Origin: Candidatus Kapaibacterium sp.
GTDB taxonomy: Bacteria; Bacteroidota; Ignavibacteria; Kapaibacteriales; HRBIN21
Direction of reading: 5' to 3'
Assembly: GCA_025059875.1 (NCBI GenBank)
Contig: JANXCT010000002.1
Location: 153,180-217,179, forward strand
DNA: 64,000 nucleotides
Below the pieces are notes generated by a model. The model was given only the letters and a program-made list of their open reading frames with translations. It was not told the origin of the DNA and searched no databases. The first letter of the stretch is position 1. The number at the start of each line of letters is the position of its first letter. Positions 1 through 9,101 of this stretch are shown piece by piece. Made by a program: the position numbers and the translations under genes.

Positions 1-43
1 TGAGCAACTTTGCAGTTCTGGTAAACTGCAGTATTGCTACCTA

Positions 44-51
44 GCTTTGTA
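44..51 (+). promoter_or_regulatory. Candidate Bacteroidota-type sigma-A -7 element (TAnnTTTG: TAGCTTTG) 8 nt upstream of the atuA-like start codon
   Basis: Exact TAnnTTTG match at 44-51 in a comparatively AT-rich leader; TTG motifs lie about 20-30 nt upstream. Established knowledge: Bacteroidetes promoters use a -7 TAnnTTTG / -33 TTTG architecture. Purely sequence-pattern based. Confidence 0.2.
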
Positions 52-59
52 ACCAACCC

Positions 60-1415
60 ATGCGCTCCCCGATTCGCATAGCTTCCGGTCAAGGGTTTTG
101 GGGTGATTGGCTCTTGGCTCCTCTCCTGCAGGTAACCCGTGGTCCAATTGACTACCTCGTGATGGACTACCTAGCCGAGGTTACGATGTCCATCCTCCAG
201 AAGCAACGGCAGCGTGATCCTCGGCTTGGGTATGCACGAGATCTGCTCACGGTCTTCCGAGACATCGCCCCTTACTTGGTAGAACGCAACATTCGGCTCA
301 TCACGAATGGCGGCGGAGTCAATCCCATGGCCGCTGCTGAGGAGTTAGTCAAGATCGCCCATTCCGTAGGGCTACGGCAGCTCCGCATCGGTGTCGTCCT
401 CGGCGACGATTTGATGCCCCGCATTGACGAGCTCTTGGCTGCTGGCTATGAATTCCGTCACTTGGAGACGGGACAGCCCTTGCGCGAAATTCGGGACCGT
501 CTCTTAAGCGCCAATGCCTACTTCGGGGCCTTCCCCATTGTTGAAGCCCTGCGCCAAGGAGCTCAAGTGGTCGTCACTGGACGCACCACCGACACTGGCA
601 TTACCCTGGCACCGATGATCTACGAGTTCGGCTGGAAGGAGGATGACTATGACCTCCTCGCCGCCGGTGTCGTAGCAGGACACATCTTAGAGTGCGGGGC
701 TCAGGCGAGCGGAGGGAACTTCTTGGGAGACTGGACATCCTTGGACCTCGTGGAACCGGGCTTTCCAATCGTGGAAGCGTACCCTGATGGGAGCTTCATC
801 GTTACGAAGCACGAAGGAACCGGTGGAGCCGTCACCCGTGAGACCGTTGCTGAGCAGCTCCTCTACGAGATCGCGGATCCGCGTGAGTACATCACACCTG
901 AGTGTATCGCGGACTTTACCACAATCCGGTTAGAAGACTTAGGCAATAACCGCGTCCGCGTCTTTGGAATCAAAGGGCGTCCACCAACACCCTTCTACAA
1001 GGTCTCTGCTAGCTACGCTGCTGGCTACATGGCTGTGGGAACCTTGGTGTACTCTGCCCCTGGAGCGCTCCAACGGGCACAGGCTGCCGACGCCATCCTC
1101 CGCGAACGATTGCGCCGCTTGGGACTTCAGTTTGAGGAAATCCGAACGGAATTTGTCGGCTACAATGCTTGCCATGGTCCTCTGGCGAAACCGATAGAAC
1201 CCAACGAGGTCATGCTCCGAATCGCTGTCCGCTCGCCTGACTATGCAGCGGTCGATCGCTTCACGCGAGAGTTAGCACCGCTCATCCTCACTGGGCCACC
1301 TGGCGTAACGGGTTTCTCCGGTGGCCGTCCTAAGCCCAGCGAAGTGGTGGCCTACTTCCCCACCCTCATCCCGAAGGAGCTCGTCCACCACGAAGTCCGC
1401 ATCCTGGAGTTATGA
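60..1415 (+). CDS. AtuA-like (DUF1446, acyclic terpene utilization family) protein
   Basis: 451-aa ORF with uniform coding potential. The N-terminal ASGQGFWGD motif, the GGG/GxD-rich core and overall architecture recall DUF1446/AtuA proteins. Stop overlaps the start of the next ORF (ATGA). Confidence 0.55.
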   Translation: MRSPIRIASGQGFWGDWLLAPLLQVTRGPIDYLVMDYLAEVTMSILQKQRQRDPRLGYARDLLTVFRDIAPYLVERNIRLITNGGGVNPMAAAEELVKIAHSVGLRQLRIGVVLGDDLMPRIDELLAAGYEFRHLETGQPLREIRDRLLSANAYFGAFPIVEALRQGAQVVVTGRTTDTGITLAPMIYEFGWKEDDYDLLAAGVVAGHILECGAQASGGNFLGDWTSLDLVEPGFPIVEAYPDGSFIVTKHEGTGGAVTRETVAEQLLYEIADPREYITPECIADFTTIRLEDLGNNRVRVFGIKGRPPTPFYKVSASYAAGYMAVGTLVYSAPGALQRAQAADAILRERLRRLGLQFEEIRTEFVGYNACHGPLAKPIEPNEVMLRIAVRSPDYAAVDRFTRELAPLILTGPPGVTGFSGGRPKPSEVVAYFPTLIPKELVHHEVRILEL

Positions 1416-2422
1416 GCTGCTGCCTCCTCCTCACTCTGGCCCTGTCACTGCCGGTAGTAGCTGCACCCGATTCTGTCCCTCCCTCGGACACCCTCGCACC
1501 ATTACAGAAGCCATCCCCAAGCCCTACGCAGAGCGCCCCGCGTTACCCCACTGCTATGCTAACCTTCGGAGGGTATCCGCGAGTGACGTTAGCTGGCGGT
1601 CTCCAGACCGTTTCTGGCTCCCCAAATCTGCAGACACTAGCGGCGTTAGGCACAATCTACGCCGGCACCATGGTGGCACTCCACATCATCCAGCACAACG
1701 CGTGGTGGAAGGTGCCGGGCCCATTCCAGGTGGTAGAGGACTGGAACTACGCCCTCCAGGTCGACAAGGCAGGGCACATCTACGGCGGGTACTTGATGTC
1801 GTACCTATGGGGGGAATTCCTCCTAGCAGCCGGAGTAGAGCTGCCAACGGCTGTCCGATGGGGAACGCTTCTGGGATTGCTCTACCAGACGTACGTGGAA
1901 GTTGAAGATGGCTTCAGCCGGGATTGGGGCTTCAGCCCCACGGACGCCCTTGCCAACTTCATTGGGGCCTACTGGTACCTAGCCCAACACTACTGGAAGC
2001 CCCTCCAAGCCTTTCAACCACGCTGGCAGTACATTCCTGCCCAATGGGCTGGTGACTTACCCCGACGCCATAGCGGCACCTTCATTGACGACTACAACAG
2101 CTCCACGTTCTGGCTCTCTATCAATCTGCACCAGCTCTTGCCGGAGCACTGGCGGCGGTACTATCCAGCATGGCTCATGCTGAGCTTCGGCTACGGCGCC
2201 CGAAACGTTGACACCGAACTCCCCAAGCAACGCCGAATCATTGTCGGCCTAGACTACAACCTCTATGCCCTCCTCCCCGAGGGCCCACCACTGTGGAACT
2301 GGCTGCGACAGAGCTTCTCTATGATTAAACTGCCAGCACCAGCGATCGAGTTCGGGCCTCACCCACCGCGATTTGCGCTGCTCTACCCCTTCCGTCTCCG
2401 GCTCGGTGCGCTCCGTCTGTAG
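1412..2422 (+). CDS. Secreted hypothetical protein (signal peptide, Pro/Ser-rich linker; possibly DUF2279-like)
   Basis: N-terminal hydrophobic signal (MSCCLLLTLALSLPVVAAP), then a PSPSPTQS low-complexity linker and a Trp/Tyr-rich conserved core (VDKAGHIYGGY). ATGA translational coupling with the upstream AtuA-like gene. Family assignment is tentative. Confidence 0.4.
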   Translation: MSCCLLLTLALSLPVVAAPDSVPPSDTLAPLQKPSPSPTQSAPRYPTAMLTFGGYPRVTLAGGLQTVSGSPNLQTLAALGTIYAGTMVALHIIQHNAWWKVPGPFQVVEDWNYALQVDKAGHIYGGYLMSYLWGEFLLAAGVELPTAVRWGTLLGLLYQTYVEVEDGFSRDWGFSPTDALANFIGAYWYLAQHYWKPLQAFQPRWQYIPAQWAGDLPRRHSGTFIDDYNSSTFWLSINLHQLLPEHWRRYYPAWLMLSFGYGARNVDTELPKQRRIIVGLDYNLYALLPEGPPLWNWLRQSFSMIKLPAPAIEFGPHPPRFALLYPFRLRLGALRL

Positions 2423-2483
2423 CCAAGCTCCCCGGTGGGGTTGTATTTTTGCAGCGTCTCGGTGTACTGCTCTGGGAACGCCG

Positions 2484-3026
2484 ATGGCAGAACTCTTTAC
2501 GCCTGCTGAGCTGGAAGAGGTGGAACGAATCAAATCGCTCTATCCGGAGCCACAGGCCGCTCTGCTGCCTGTGCTCTGGATGGTCCAGCGAAAGTACGGC
2601 TGGATTTCGCTGGAGAACATCCGAGCGGTAGCCGAACTCCTACGCCTCCCATATGCCCACGTACTCGGTGTCGTGCGTTTCTACACGATGTTCCACACCG
2701 AGCCAGTCGGACGGTACCACATCCAGGTATGCACGAACGTTTCGTGCATGCTCCGCGGCGGGGAGCGTGTGCTGGAGTACATCTCCGAGAAACTCGGTAT
2801 CCGGCACAAGGAGCGTACGGCCGATGGCCTCTTCTCGCTGGAAGAGGTAGAATGCATGGGCGCCTGCGGCGGTGCCCCGATGATCGCAATCAACGAGGAC
2901 TACTACGAGAACATCACGCTAGAGCAGGTAGACCACCTGCTGGAACGCCTTCGACGAGAGAGCACAGCCGAAAGCAGGCATGAGAGTTTACCAAACGGAC
3001 TCCCCAATGAAGAACTCGCGCCGTGA
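2484..3026 (+). CDS. nuoE: NuoE-like thioredoxin-fold [2Fe-2S] ferredoxin (NADH-quinone oxidoreductase subunit E / HoxF-N family), standalone
   Basis: MAELFTPAELEEVERIKSLYPE...LPVLW..Q...GWIS start typical of NuoE. Four Cys in NuoE spacing (CxxxxC ... CMGACGGAPM). ATG at 2484 inside the longer track ORF 2373-3026. No nuoF/nuoG follows. Confidence 0.7.
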   Translation: MAELFTPAELEEVERIKSLYPEPQAALLPVLWMVQRKYGWISLENIRAVAELLRLPYAHVLGVVRFYTMFHTEPVGRYHIQVCTNVSCMLRGGERVLEYISEKLGIRHKERTADGLFSLEEVECMGACGGAPMIAINEDYYENITLEQVDHLLERLRRESTAESRHESLPNGLPNEELAP

Positions 3027-3753
3027 CTTCCTCCGTCGATTAGCAGCTCTCACAGCTGCGGCTGCTGCTGGGGTACCAGCAACGGCACGACTCTTACCAG
3101 AGCTACTAGGACCTGATCGCCGACCCTGCGGGCGGCTCCGCATCCGCTTGAGCGACTACCCTGCACTCCAAAGTGTGAACGGCTCGGTGAAAGTCAACGT
3201 TCCCGATGCTACTGGTGCCGTTCCCGAGCGGCTCATCATCACCCGAACTGCCACAGACACCTTCGCGGCTGTAGATGACATCTGCACGCATGCCGGTTGC
3301 CTTGTCAATGTCTACCAGGCATCGCTCAGAGCGCTACCGTGCCCCTGCCACGGCTCACTCTTCCATCCGACGGGTGAGGTCATCCGCGGTCCAGCAACTC
3401 GTCCGCTACGGAGCTTCCAGACCTTCTATGAGGCCGGTAGCGACTTCGTGGAGGTAGAAATCCCAGGCTACACGTCTGTCCCGGAGCCTAGCACTGCCTT
3501 CGAGCTGACAGTCGCTCCCAACCCGGCAACGGAGTTCATTACCGTCTCCGGCACTCTGAGGGAGAGTGCCGTCCTGTCCTTCCGTATCCTCTCTACCCGA
3601 GGGCAGACAGTTGTGGAATGGCAACAATGGCTGCCAGCAGGTCCATTTAGCCTTCGGTATCCCCTTAACGGCTTCGCTCCTGGAACTTACTGGCTGCATG
3701 TCTCTGGCCGTTCTGTTCCGAGTGTTGTACAGCCCTTCTCTGTGATCCGCTGA
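3007..3753 (+). CDS. Rieske [2Fe-2S] domain protein with twin-arginine (TAT) signal and C-terminal Por/T9SS sorting domain
   Basis: TAT motif SRRDFLRRLAALTAAAAAG; Rieske box I CTHAGC and box II CPCHGS. The C-terminal ~90 aa (ELTVAPNPATEFITVSG...GTYWLHV...) match the T9SS type-A CTD pattern. Start taken at M10 of track ORF 2980-3753, overlapping the nuoE stop. Confidence 0.7.
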   Translation: MKNSRRDFLRRLAALTAAAAAGVPATARLLPELLGPDRRPCGRLRIRLSDYPALQSVNGSVKVNVPDATGAVPERLIITRTATDTFAAVDDICTHAGCLVNVYQASLRALPCPCHGSLFHPTGEVIRGPATRPLRSFQTFYEAGSDFVEVEIPGYTSVPEPSTAFELTVAPNPATEFITVSGTLRESAVLSFRILSTRGQTVVEWQQWLPAGPFSLRYPLNGFAPGTYWLHVSGRSVPSVVQPFSVIR

Positions 3754-5207
3754 TGCGGAGGTGCCGTCTCGGTTTCTTGCCTATCTCGCTCCTTGTTCTG
3801 TTTGGCCTCTCGCTATGGGGATGCGAGACTCCAGACGTTGGGGAATTCGGCAGTGATGCACCACTGGAAGTGACACCACGAGAGGTCGACTTCAGAAATG
3901 TACGCGTAGGGCAGACAGCCGAACTATGGCTCCGCATCCGTAATCGAGCAGATTCAGCCATTGTCTTGGCTCCTTCCATCACCGGAGCTGATAAAAATGC
4001 CTTCAGCATTGCGCGACAACCCAGCGGAGCACTCCGCCCCGGCCAGAGTGATAGTCTGCTACTCCGCTTCTCCCCAACCGAAGCCCGTGTGTACCAGGCA
4101 ACACTCCTCCTTGGCGGGGACAATCCCTTGAACATCCCCTTGCGCGGGACTGGTACAACAGGAGACCGAATGGAGCTCTTGGCTGTCGTTGCCTCAACAC
4201 CGCCGGAGATCGACGGCTCCGCCTCCGACGCTGTCTGGAATGCAGCTCCACCGCTCCACCTCCAGCTCTTCCAGGTAGAGCCTACGGCCAACGATCCTCG
4301 GACTCTCTCGGCAACACTGCGAGCTGCCGTGGACAACGAGTTCCTGTACCTACTCGTGGAAGTTGCCGATCCAACCCCTCACGAAACTCCCAACATCTTC
4401 CGCTTCCGCGGTGGGGACCCTGCCTCCGACGCGAATTGGACGCTGACCACAGAGGGGCAAGATGGTCTCGGCTTCATCTTCCCGATTGGAGACCCGCAAA
4501 GCGTTCGAGGTGACAGACTTGGAGAGACCTTCGCTACCATCGGCTGTGCTGTCGCCTGCCATCCTACCGCCACTACGAACGCTTACGAAGGCGGCAGCTA
4601 CCCAACCTATGGGCGGATTGACCTCTGGTACTGGAAGGCGGGGACTACAAACCCCCAGGGCTACGCTGACGACTACATTGCCGAAGGGCGCGATGGGACG
4701 ACATTCCCTGAGGAGCGCCGTGGTGATGTAGGAAATGCGTTTGAAGAGCCCAACTATCCACCACGCGGAGCCGGTCCGCTCCTACCTATCAGCATGGCTG
4801 GCGGAGACAACGGCGGATTGGACCGACGCCGCTTCCTGTGGCAGGCTACCTCTGTACCCTTCAACCCCCGAGCTCCGAACCCAGCAACTGGTCGACCCTG
4901 GGCTGCCGGCGATGTAGTTCCAGGCTGGACCCTTCGAGGCCAAGAGCATCCCTTCTCCAGCCGTGGTGACATCCAGGCCCGCGGACGCCACGCGAGTGGC
5001 CGTTGGACCATTGAACTACGGCGCCGGCTCTCCACCGGGAAGAGTGACGATGCCTCGTTTGACCGCGGGCGCTCCGTTCCCTTCAGCCTGGCGTACTTCG
5101 ACAACACGCGCAAGTATGCCGTCTTTGAATACCTCAACCTCACCTCGGCCCCTCGCCCAGGCCACTTTGGCCCTAATCCTCCGGTCATTTGGCTACACTT
5201 GCCATAA
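3753..5207 (+). CDS. Lipoprotein with N-terminal ASH/Ig-like domain and C-terminal ethylbenzene-dehydrogenase-like (EB_dh / DOMON-like) heme-binding domain
   Basis: Lipobox LSLWGC after a hydrophobic signal. Ig/ASH-like segment (EVTPREVDFRNVRVGQTAELWLRIRN...NIPLRGTG). EB_dh-type segment (PPEIDGSASDAVWNAAPPLHLQL ... Y/W-rich). Start codon ATGA-coupled to the Rieske gene stop. Confidence 0.55.
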   Translation: MRRCRLGFLPISLLVLFGLSLWGCETPDVGEFGSDAPLEVTPREVDFRNVRVGQTAELWLRIRNRADSAIVLAPSITGADKNAFSIARQPSGALRPGQSDSLLLRFSPTEARVYQATLLLGGDNPLNIPLRGTGTTGDRMELLAVVASTPPEIDGSASDAVWNAAPPLHLQLFQVEPTANDPRTLSATLRAAVDNEFLYLLVEVADPTPHETPNIFRFRGGDPASDANWTLTTEGQDGLGFIFPIGDPQSVRGDRLGETFATIGCAVACHPTATTNAYEGGSYPTYGRIDLWYWKAGTTNPQGYADDYIAEGRDGTTFPEERRGDVGNAFEEPNYPPRGAGPLLPISMAGGDNGGLDRRRFLWQATSVPFNPRAPNPATGRPWAAGDVVPGWTLRGQEHPFSSRGDIQARGRHASGRWTIELRRRLSTGKSDDASFDRGRSVPFSLAYFDNTRKYAVFEYLNLTSAPRPGHFGPNPPVIWLHLP

Positions 5208-5259
5208 GCCCTTCGTTTCTGTGCTTTTCGGTACTTTGCATAGCTGAATAAAGGCGTGC

Positions 5260-6645
5260 ATGTTCCACAGTACTGAGCTGGCGTCAACAATGCTCCAGAC
5301 TGTAGAGTATGCCACCGTGCACAATGGATACGCCGTAGTCCAGAACGGGCTGACCTACCTTTCGGGCTTTGGCAACGAGTTTGCAACTGAAGCGTTACCA
5401 GGAGCGCTCCCGAAAGGCCAGAACTCACCCCAGCGTTGCCCGTATGGGCTCTACAATGAGCAGCTCAATGGGACTCCATTTACAGCCCCACGGCTTCTCA
5501 ATCGCCGTACATGGCTCTACCGGATTCGTCCCTCAGTCGTCCACCCTCCCTTCCGGCAGACTCACCACCCGACATGGAAGAGCACCCCTTTCAATGAAGT
5601 TCCCCCGCCACCGACGCAGCTCCGTTGGAATCCTCTCCCCATCCCCGATTCCCCGACTGACTTCATTGACGGGATTGTCACTTACGGCGGGAACGGGGAC
5701 CTGACAACCCACACTGGCTGCGCAGTCCATCTCTACGCAGCCAACCGTTCTATGGAACGGCGCTACTTCTACAATGCTGACGGCGAGCTCCTCATCGTTC
5801 CTCAGCTCGGCCGGCTGCGCATCCACACGGAGATGGGCATCCTGGAGGCAGCACCGGGTGAGATTGCTGTCATCCAGCGTGGCATCAAGTTCCGAGTCGT
5901 ACTCCCTGACGGTCACGCACGCGGATACATCTGCGAGAATTACGGTGCCCTCTTCCGCCTCCCGGACTTAGGCCCCATCGGTGCCAACGGATTGGCGAAC
6001 CCCCGTTTCTTCTTGACACCCGTGGCGGCGTACGAAGACCTTGAGGAGGAGTGCGAGCTGATTGCGAAGTTCCAAGGGAACTTCTGGGCAACGACGTTGG
6101 ATCATTCTCCGCTGGACGTCGTCGCCTGGGCCGGCAACTATGCCCCGTACAAGTATGACCTGCACACTTTCATGTGCATCAACACGGTCTCGTTCGACCA
6201 CTGTGATCCCTCCATCTACACTGTGCTGACATCGCCTTCGGAGCTGCCAGGCGTGGCAAACGTGGACTTCGTTATCTTCCCTGAGCGCTGGAGCGTCGCT
6301 GAACACACCTTTCGTCCGCCGTGGTTCCACCGCAACTTCATGAGCGAGTTCATGGGGCTCGTCTTCGGCAAGTACGATGCCAAAGAAGAGGGATTCGTCC
6401 CCGGCGGAGCTAGCCTCCATAACTCCATGTCTGGCCACGGCCCTGACGCAGCGACCTTTGAGAAGGCCATCTCAGCCGAGCTTAAGCCCGAGTATCTCGC
6501 CAACACGTTAGCATTCATGTTCGAGATGCGCTACGTATGCCGCCCCACTCGGTGGGCCCTGGAGACCCCACTGCTGCAGACGGACTACTACAAAGCTTGG
6601 GAGGGACTGCGCCGTCGGTTTGACCCAACCAACCCAAACGCGTAA
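5260..6645 (+). CDS. hmgA: Homogentisate 1,2-dioxygenase
   Basis: Classic HGD motifs ([23 protein letters not shown], cupin core, length ~450 aa). True start may be the internal Met at 5290 (MLQTVEY). Confidence 0.85.
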   Translation: MFHSTELASTMLQTVEYATVHNGYAVVQNGLTYLSGFGNEFATEALPGALPKGQNSPQRCPYGLYNEQLNGTPFTAPRLLNRRTWLYRIRPSVVHPPFRQTHHPTWKSTPFNEVPPPPTQLRWNPLPIPDSPTDFIDGIVTYGGNGDLTTHTGCAVHLYAANRSMERRYFYNADGELLIVPQLGRLRIHTEMGILEAAPGEIAVIQRGIKFRVVLPDGHARGYICENYGALFRLPDLGPIGANGLANPRFFLTPVAAYEDLEEECELIAKFQGNFWATTLDHSPLDVVAWAGNYAPYKYDLHTFMCINTVSFDHCDPSIYTVLTSPSELPGVANVDFVIFPERWSVAEHTFRPPWFHRNFMSEFMGLVFGKYDAKEEGFVPGGASLHNSMSGHGPDAATFEKAISAELKPEYLANTLAFMFEMRYVCRPTRWALETPLLQTDYYKAWEGLRRRFDPTNPNA

Positions 6646-6760
6646 CACCAACAGAAACTCCGCTACCATCGGAGTCGGACGTACGGGCCACTGTCGGTGG
6701 CTGACGGGATCCCTCTCGGCCTCATTCCGATGCACGGGCCAACAAGGTCTGTGGAGGGAG

Positions 6761-7396
6761 CTAATGGGGGAAATGCGCCCGGAAAATGGCAGCACAGCGA
6801 GCTTTAACCTCTGCCATGGGGAGCTGCTGCCCTAGCTCCCGTGCCATCGAGGTTACAGTCTTGTCCGCAATTCCGCAGGGAACGATGTAGGCAAACTCCT
6901 CCAGACGATTGTTGACGTTGAGTGCAAAACCATGCCAGCTAACCCATCGAGTGACATGGAGGCCGATGGCGCAGATCTTGCGAGCTCCATCAATCCATAC
7001 GCCCGTCAGCCCCGGGACACGATGCCCGGAAATTCCGAAGTCTGCCAACAGCTCAATGATGCACTGCTCTATCTCTCGCACGAACCAGTGGAGGTCCTCG
7101 CGGTACTCCGAAAGCCGAATGATGGGATAGCCAACGAGCTGACCAGGATTGTGGAGCGTCACATCCCCGCCGCGCTCTACTTCGTAGACTTCGACTCCAC
7201 GTTCGCGCAATAGTGGCTCAGGCAGCAAAATATGACGCCGCGATCCCGAGCGTCCAATGGTGATAACCGTGGGATGTTCGCATAGGACCAGCGTATTCCC
7301 TGCCTGCCGACTCTGCACCCGCTGAAGGAGGTCCCTCTGGCGCTGCCAAGCCTCAGCATACGGGATACAGCCCCAATCTTCCACTTGTAGCATCGC
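6761..7396 (-). CDS. lipB: Lipoyl(octanoyl) transferase
   Basis: LipB motifs (LCEHPTVITIGR, NPGQLVGYPII, catalytic Cys region CAIGL, HGFALNVN). Start set at the internal Met (MLQVEDWG); the track ORF extends to 7504. Confidence 0.8.
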   Translation of the reverse strand, partial: AMLQVEDWGCIPYAEAWQRQRDLLQRVQSRQAGNTLVLCEHPTVITIGRSGSRRHILLPEPLLRERGVEVYEVERGGDVTLHNPGQLVGYPIIRLSEYREDLHWFVREIEQCIIELLADFGISGHRVPGLTGVWIDGARKICAIGLHVTRWVSWHGFALNVNNRLEEFAYIVPCGIADKTVTSMARELGQQLPMAEVKARCAAIFRAHFPH

Positions 7397-7406
7397 GCCA
7401 CGATGC

Positions 7407-7868
7407 CTACCGTAGTGGGCTTTCAGTCCCCGTGCTGCCGAACCCACCACTTCCTCGCTCTGTCTGAGGCAATTCCTGGACAAGCTCCCATTGGACACGC
7501 TCATACCGTGTCACGACCAATTGCGCAATCCGATCTCCTCTCCGAATCCAAAACGGCTCCCGGCCAAAGTTGGCCAGTATCACACGGATTTCGCCACGGT
7601 AGTCACTGTCAATTGTGCCAGGAGCGTTTAGGACAAAGACCCCATGGCGAGCTGCGATCCCACTGCGAGGACGGACTTGGCATTCATAGCCAAGGGGGAG
7701 TGCGATGGCAATACCCGTCGGGATAACTACGATACCTCCCGGAGGGAGCTCCACTGGCTCCGTTACCGCTGCGTAGACGTCCATGCCAGCAGAACCCTCC
7801 GTTGCATAGGTCGGCAGCGGCAGGTCTGCAAAAGCGGGATCTGTGCGCTGGATCTGAACGACCAGCAT
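7407..7868 (-). CDS. dut: dUTP diphosphatase
   Basis: 153 aa with the five dUTPase motifs ([39 protein letters not shown]). Confidence 0.85.
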   Translation of the reverse strand: MLVVQIQRTDPAFADLPLPTYATEGSAGMDVYAAVTEPVELPPGGIVVIPTGIAIALPLGYECQVRPRSGIAARHGVFVLNAPGTIDSDYRGEIRVILANFGREPFWIRRGDRIAQLVVTRYERVQWELVQELPQTERGSGGFGSTGTESPLR

Positions 7869-7876
7869 CTGCCCGC

Positions 7877-9058
7877 TCAGCTACTCGCCACCGGCTGTGG
7901 AGCAGTGTAGCCGACTTCGCGGAGTAGCTCCCGAGCAATGATGATGTGCTGGATCTCAGAGGTGCCTTCGTAGATCTCCGTGATCTTGGCGTCACGCAGG
8001 TACCGCTCCACCTTGTACTCCCGAACGTAGCCATAGCCCCCATGGATCTGGATAGCCTCCAGAGCCAGCTCTACAGCCGTTCGAGAGGCGAAGAGCTTTG
8101 CGTGAGATGCCGCCTTGATGTACCGCTCACCTTGATCCCGCAGCCATGCTGCTTTCAAGAGGAGCAGTCGGGCAGCCTCTAGCTTGACAGACATATCCGC
8201 CAGCTTCATCTGGATAGCCTGGTGCTCGCAGATAGGTTTGCCGAAGGTCTTCCGCTGCTGGGAGTACGCCAGCGCCGCTTGGAAGGCTGCCTCAGCAATC
8301 CCAACTGCTTGCGCTGCAATCCCAATTCGCCCGCCGTTGAGGGTGTTCATCGCAATCCGAAAGCCCTCGCCAATGTCCCCCAACACATTAGCGTCGGGCA
8401 CGAAGACGTTGGTGAGCCCAATGGAGCAAGTGTCGCTAGAGCGGATCCCGAGCTTGTCCTCCTTCTTACCAGGGACGAAGCCCTCGATGCCCCGCTCTAT
8501 CAGGAACGCCGTGATTCCCCGATGGCCTTTGGAGCGGTCAGTCTGGGCGAAGACAACGTAGACGTCGGCCGTAGTACCGTTGGTGATCCAATTCTTCGTG
8601 CCGTTGAGAATCCACCCACCATCGCCACGGACGGCCATCGTATGCTGACGCGTTGCATCAGAGCCAGCCTCGGGCTCGCTCAGGCAGAAGGCACCAAGCT
8701 TGCGCCCTGTGGCCAAGTCACGGAGGTAGCGCTCCTTCTGGTCTTGAGTCCCATATGTCTCGATCGGCCAGCAAGCCAGAGAGTTGTTGACCGACATGAT
8801 AACGCCAACGCTTGCATCGGCCTTGGAGATCTCCACCAGCGCCAGGACATAGCTAATGGTATCCAAGCCACTCCCGCCCCACTCAGGCGAGACCATCATT
8901 CCCATGAAGCCAAGCTCTCCCAGCTTGCGCACGATCTCGTAAGGAAACTCACCCGTAATATCTCGCTCGATGGCCGTCGGCTCTATCTCTGTCTCAGCAA
9001 ACTCCCGTGCCGTCTGCTGAATAAGCCGCTGCTCTTCTGTAAGCTCCAAGCTGAACAT
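7877..9058 (-). CDS. Acyl-CoA dehydrogenase
   Basis: ACAD N-, middle- and C-terminal domain motifs ([35 protein letters not shown]). Start chosen at MFSLEL (9058); the upstream in-frame ATG at 9115 would overlap asnB. Confidence 0.8.
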   Translation of the reverse strand: MFSLELTEEQRLIQQTAREFAETEIEPTAIERDITGEFPYEIVRKLGELGFMGMMVSPEWGGSGLDTISYVLALVEISKADASVGVIMSVNNSLACWPIETYGTQDQKERYLRDLATGRKLGAFCLSEPEAGSDATRQHTMAVRGDGGWILNGTKNWITNGTTADVYVVFAQTDRSKGHRGITAFLIERGIEGFVPGKKEDKLGIRSSDTCSIGLTNVFVPDANVLGDIGEGFRIAMNTLNGGRIGIAAQAVGIAEAAFQAALAYSQQRKTFGKPICEHQAIQMKLADMSVKLEAARLLLLKAAWLRDQGERYIKAASHAKLFASRTAVELALEAIQIHGGYGYVREYKVERYLRDAKITEIYEGTSEIQHIIIARELLREVGYTAPQPVASS

Positions 9059-9101
9059 TTCTGCCACTGCTGCAGGGAAGACTTCAGCGCTACTTGCCAA
9101 A

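Noticed and set aside
3665-4336. 223-aa minus-strand ORF
   Set aside because: Antisense overlap with the Rieske and lipoprotein genes; low-complexity, Ser/Arg-rich.
4540-4560. Possible c-type heme motif CAVACH in the lipoprotein
   Set aside because: Spacing is CxxxCH rather than canonical CxxCH. EB_dh-type domains bind heme b non-covalently, so this is likely coincidental; left as an unconfirmed possibility.
5232-5238. Near-match to the -7 promoter box (TACTTTG) upstream of hmgA
   Set aside because: One T short of the TAnnTTTG consensus; not reported as a feature.
4754-5428. 224-aa minus-strand ORF
   Set aside because: Antisense to the EB_dh lipoprotein gene and the hmgA start; Arg/Ser/Gly-rich low-complexity translation; no motif.
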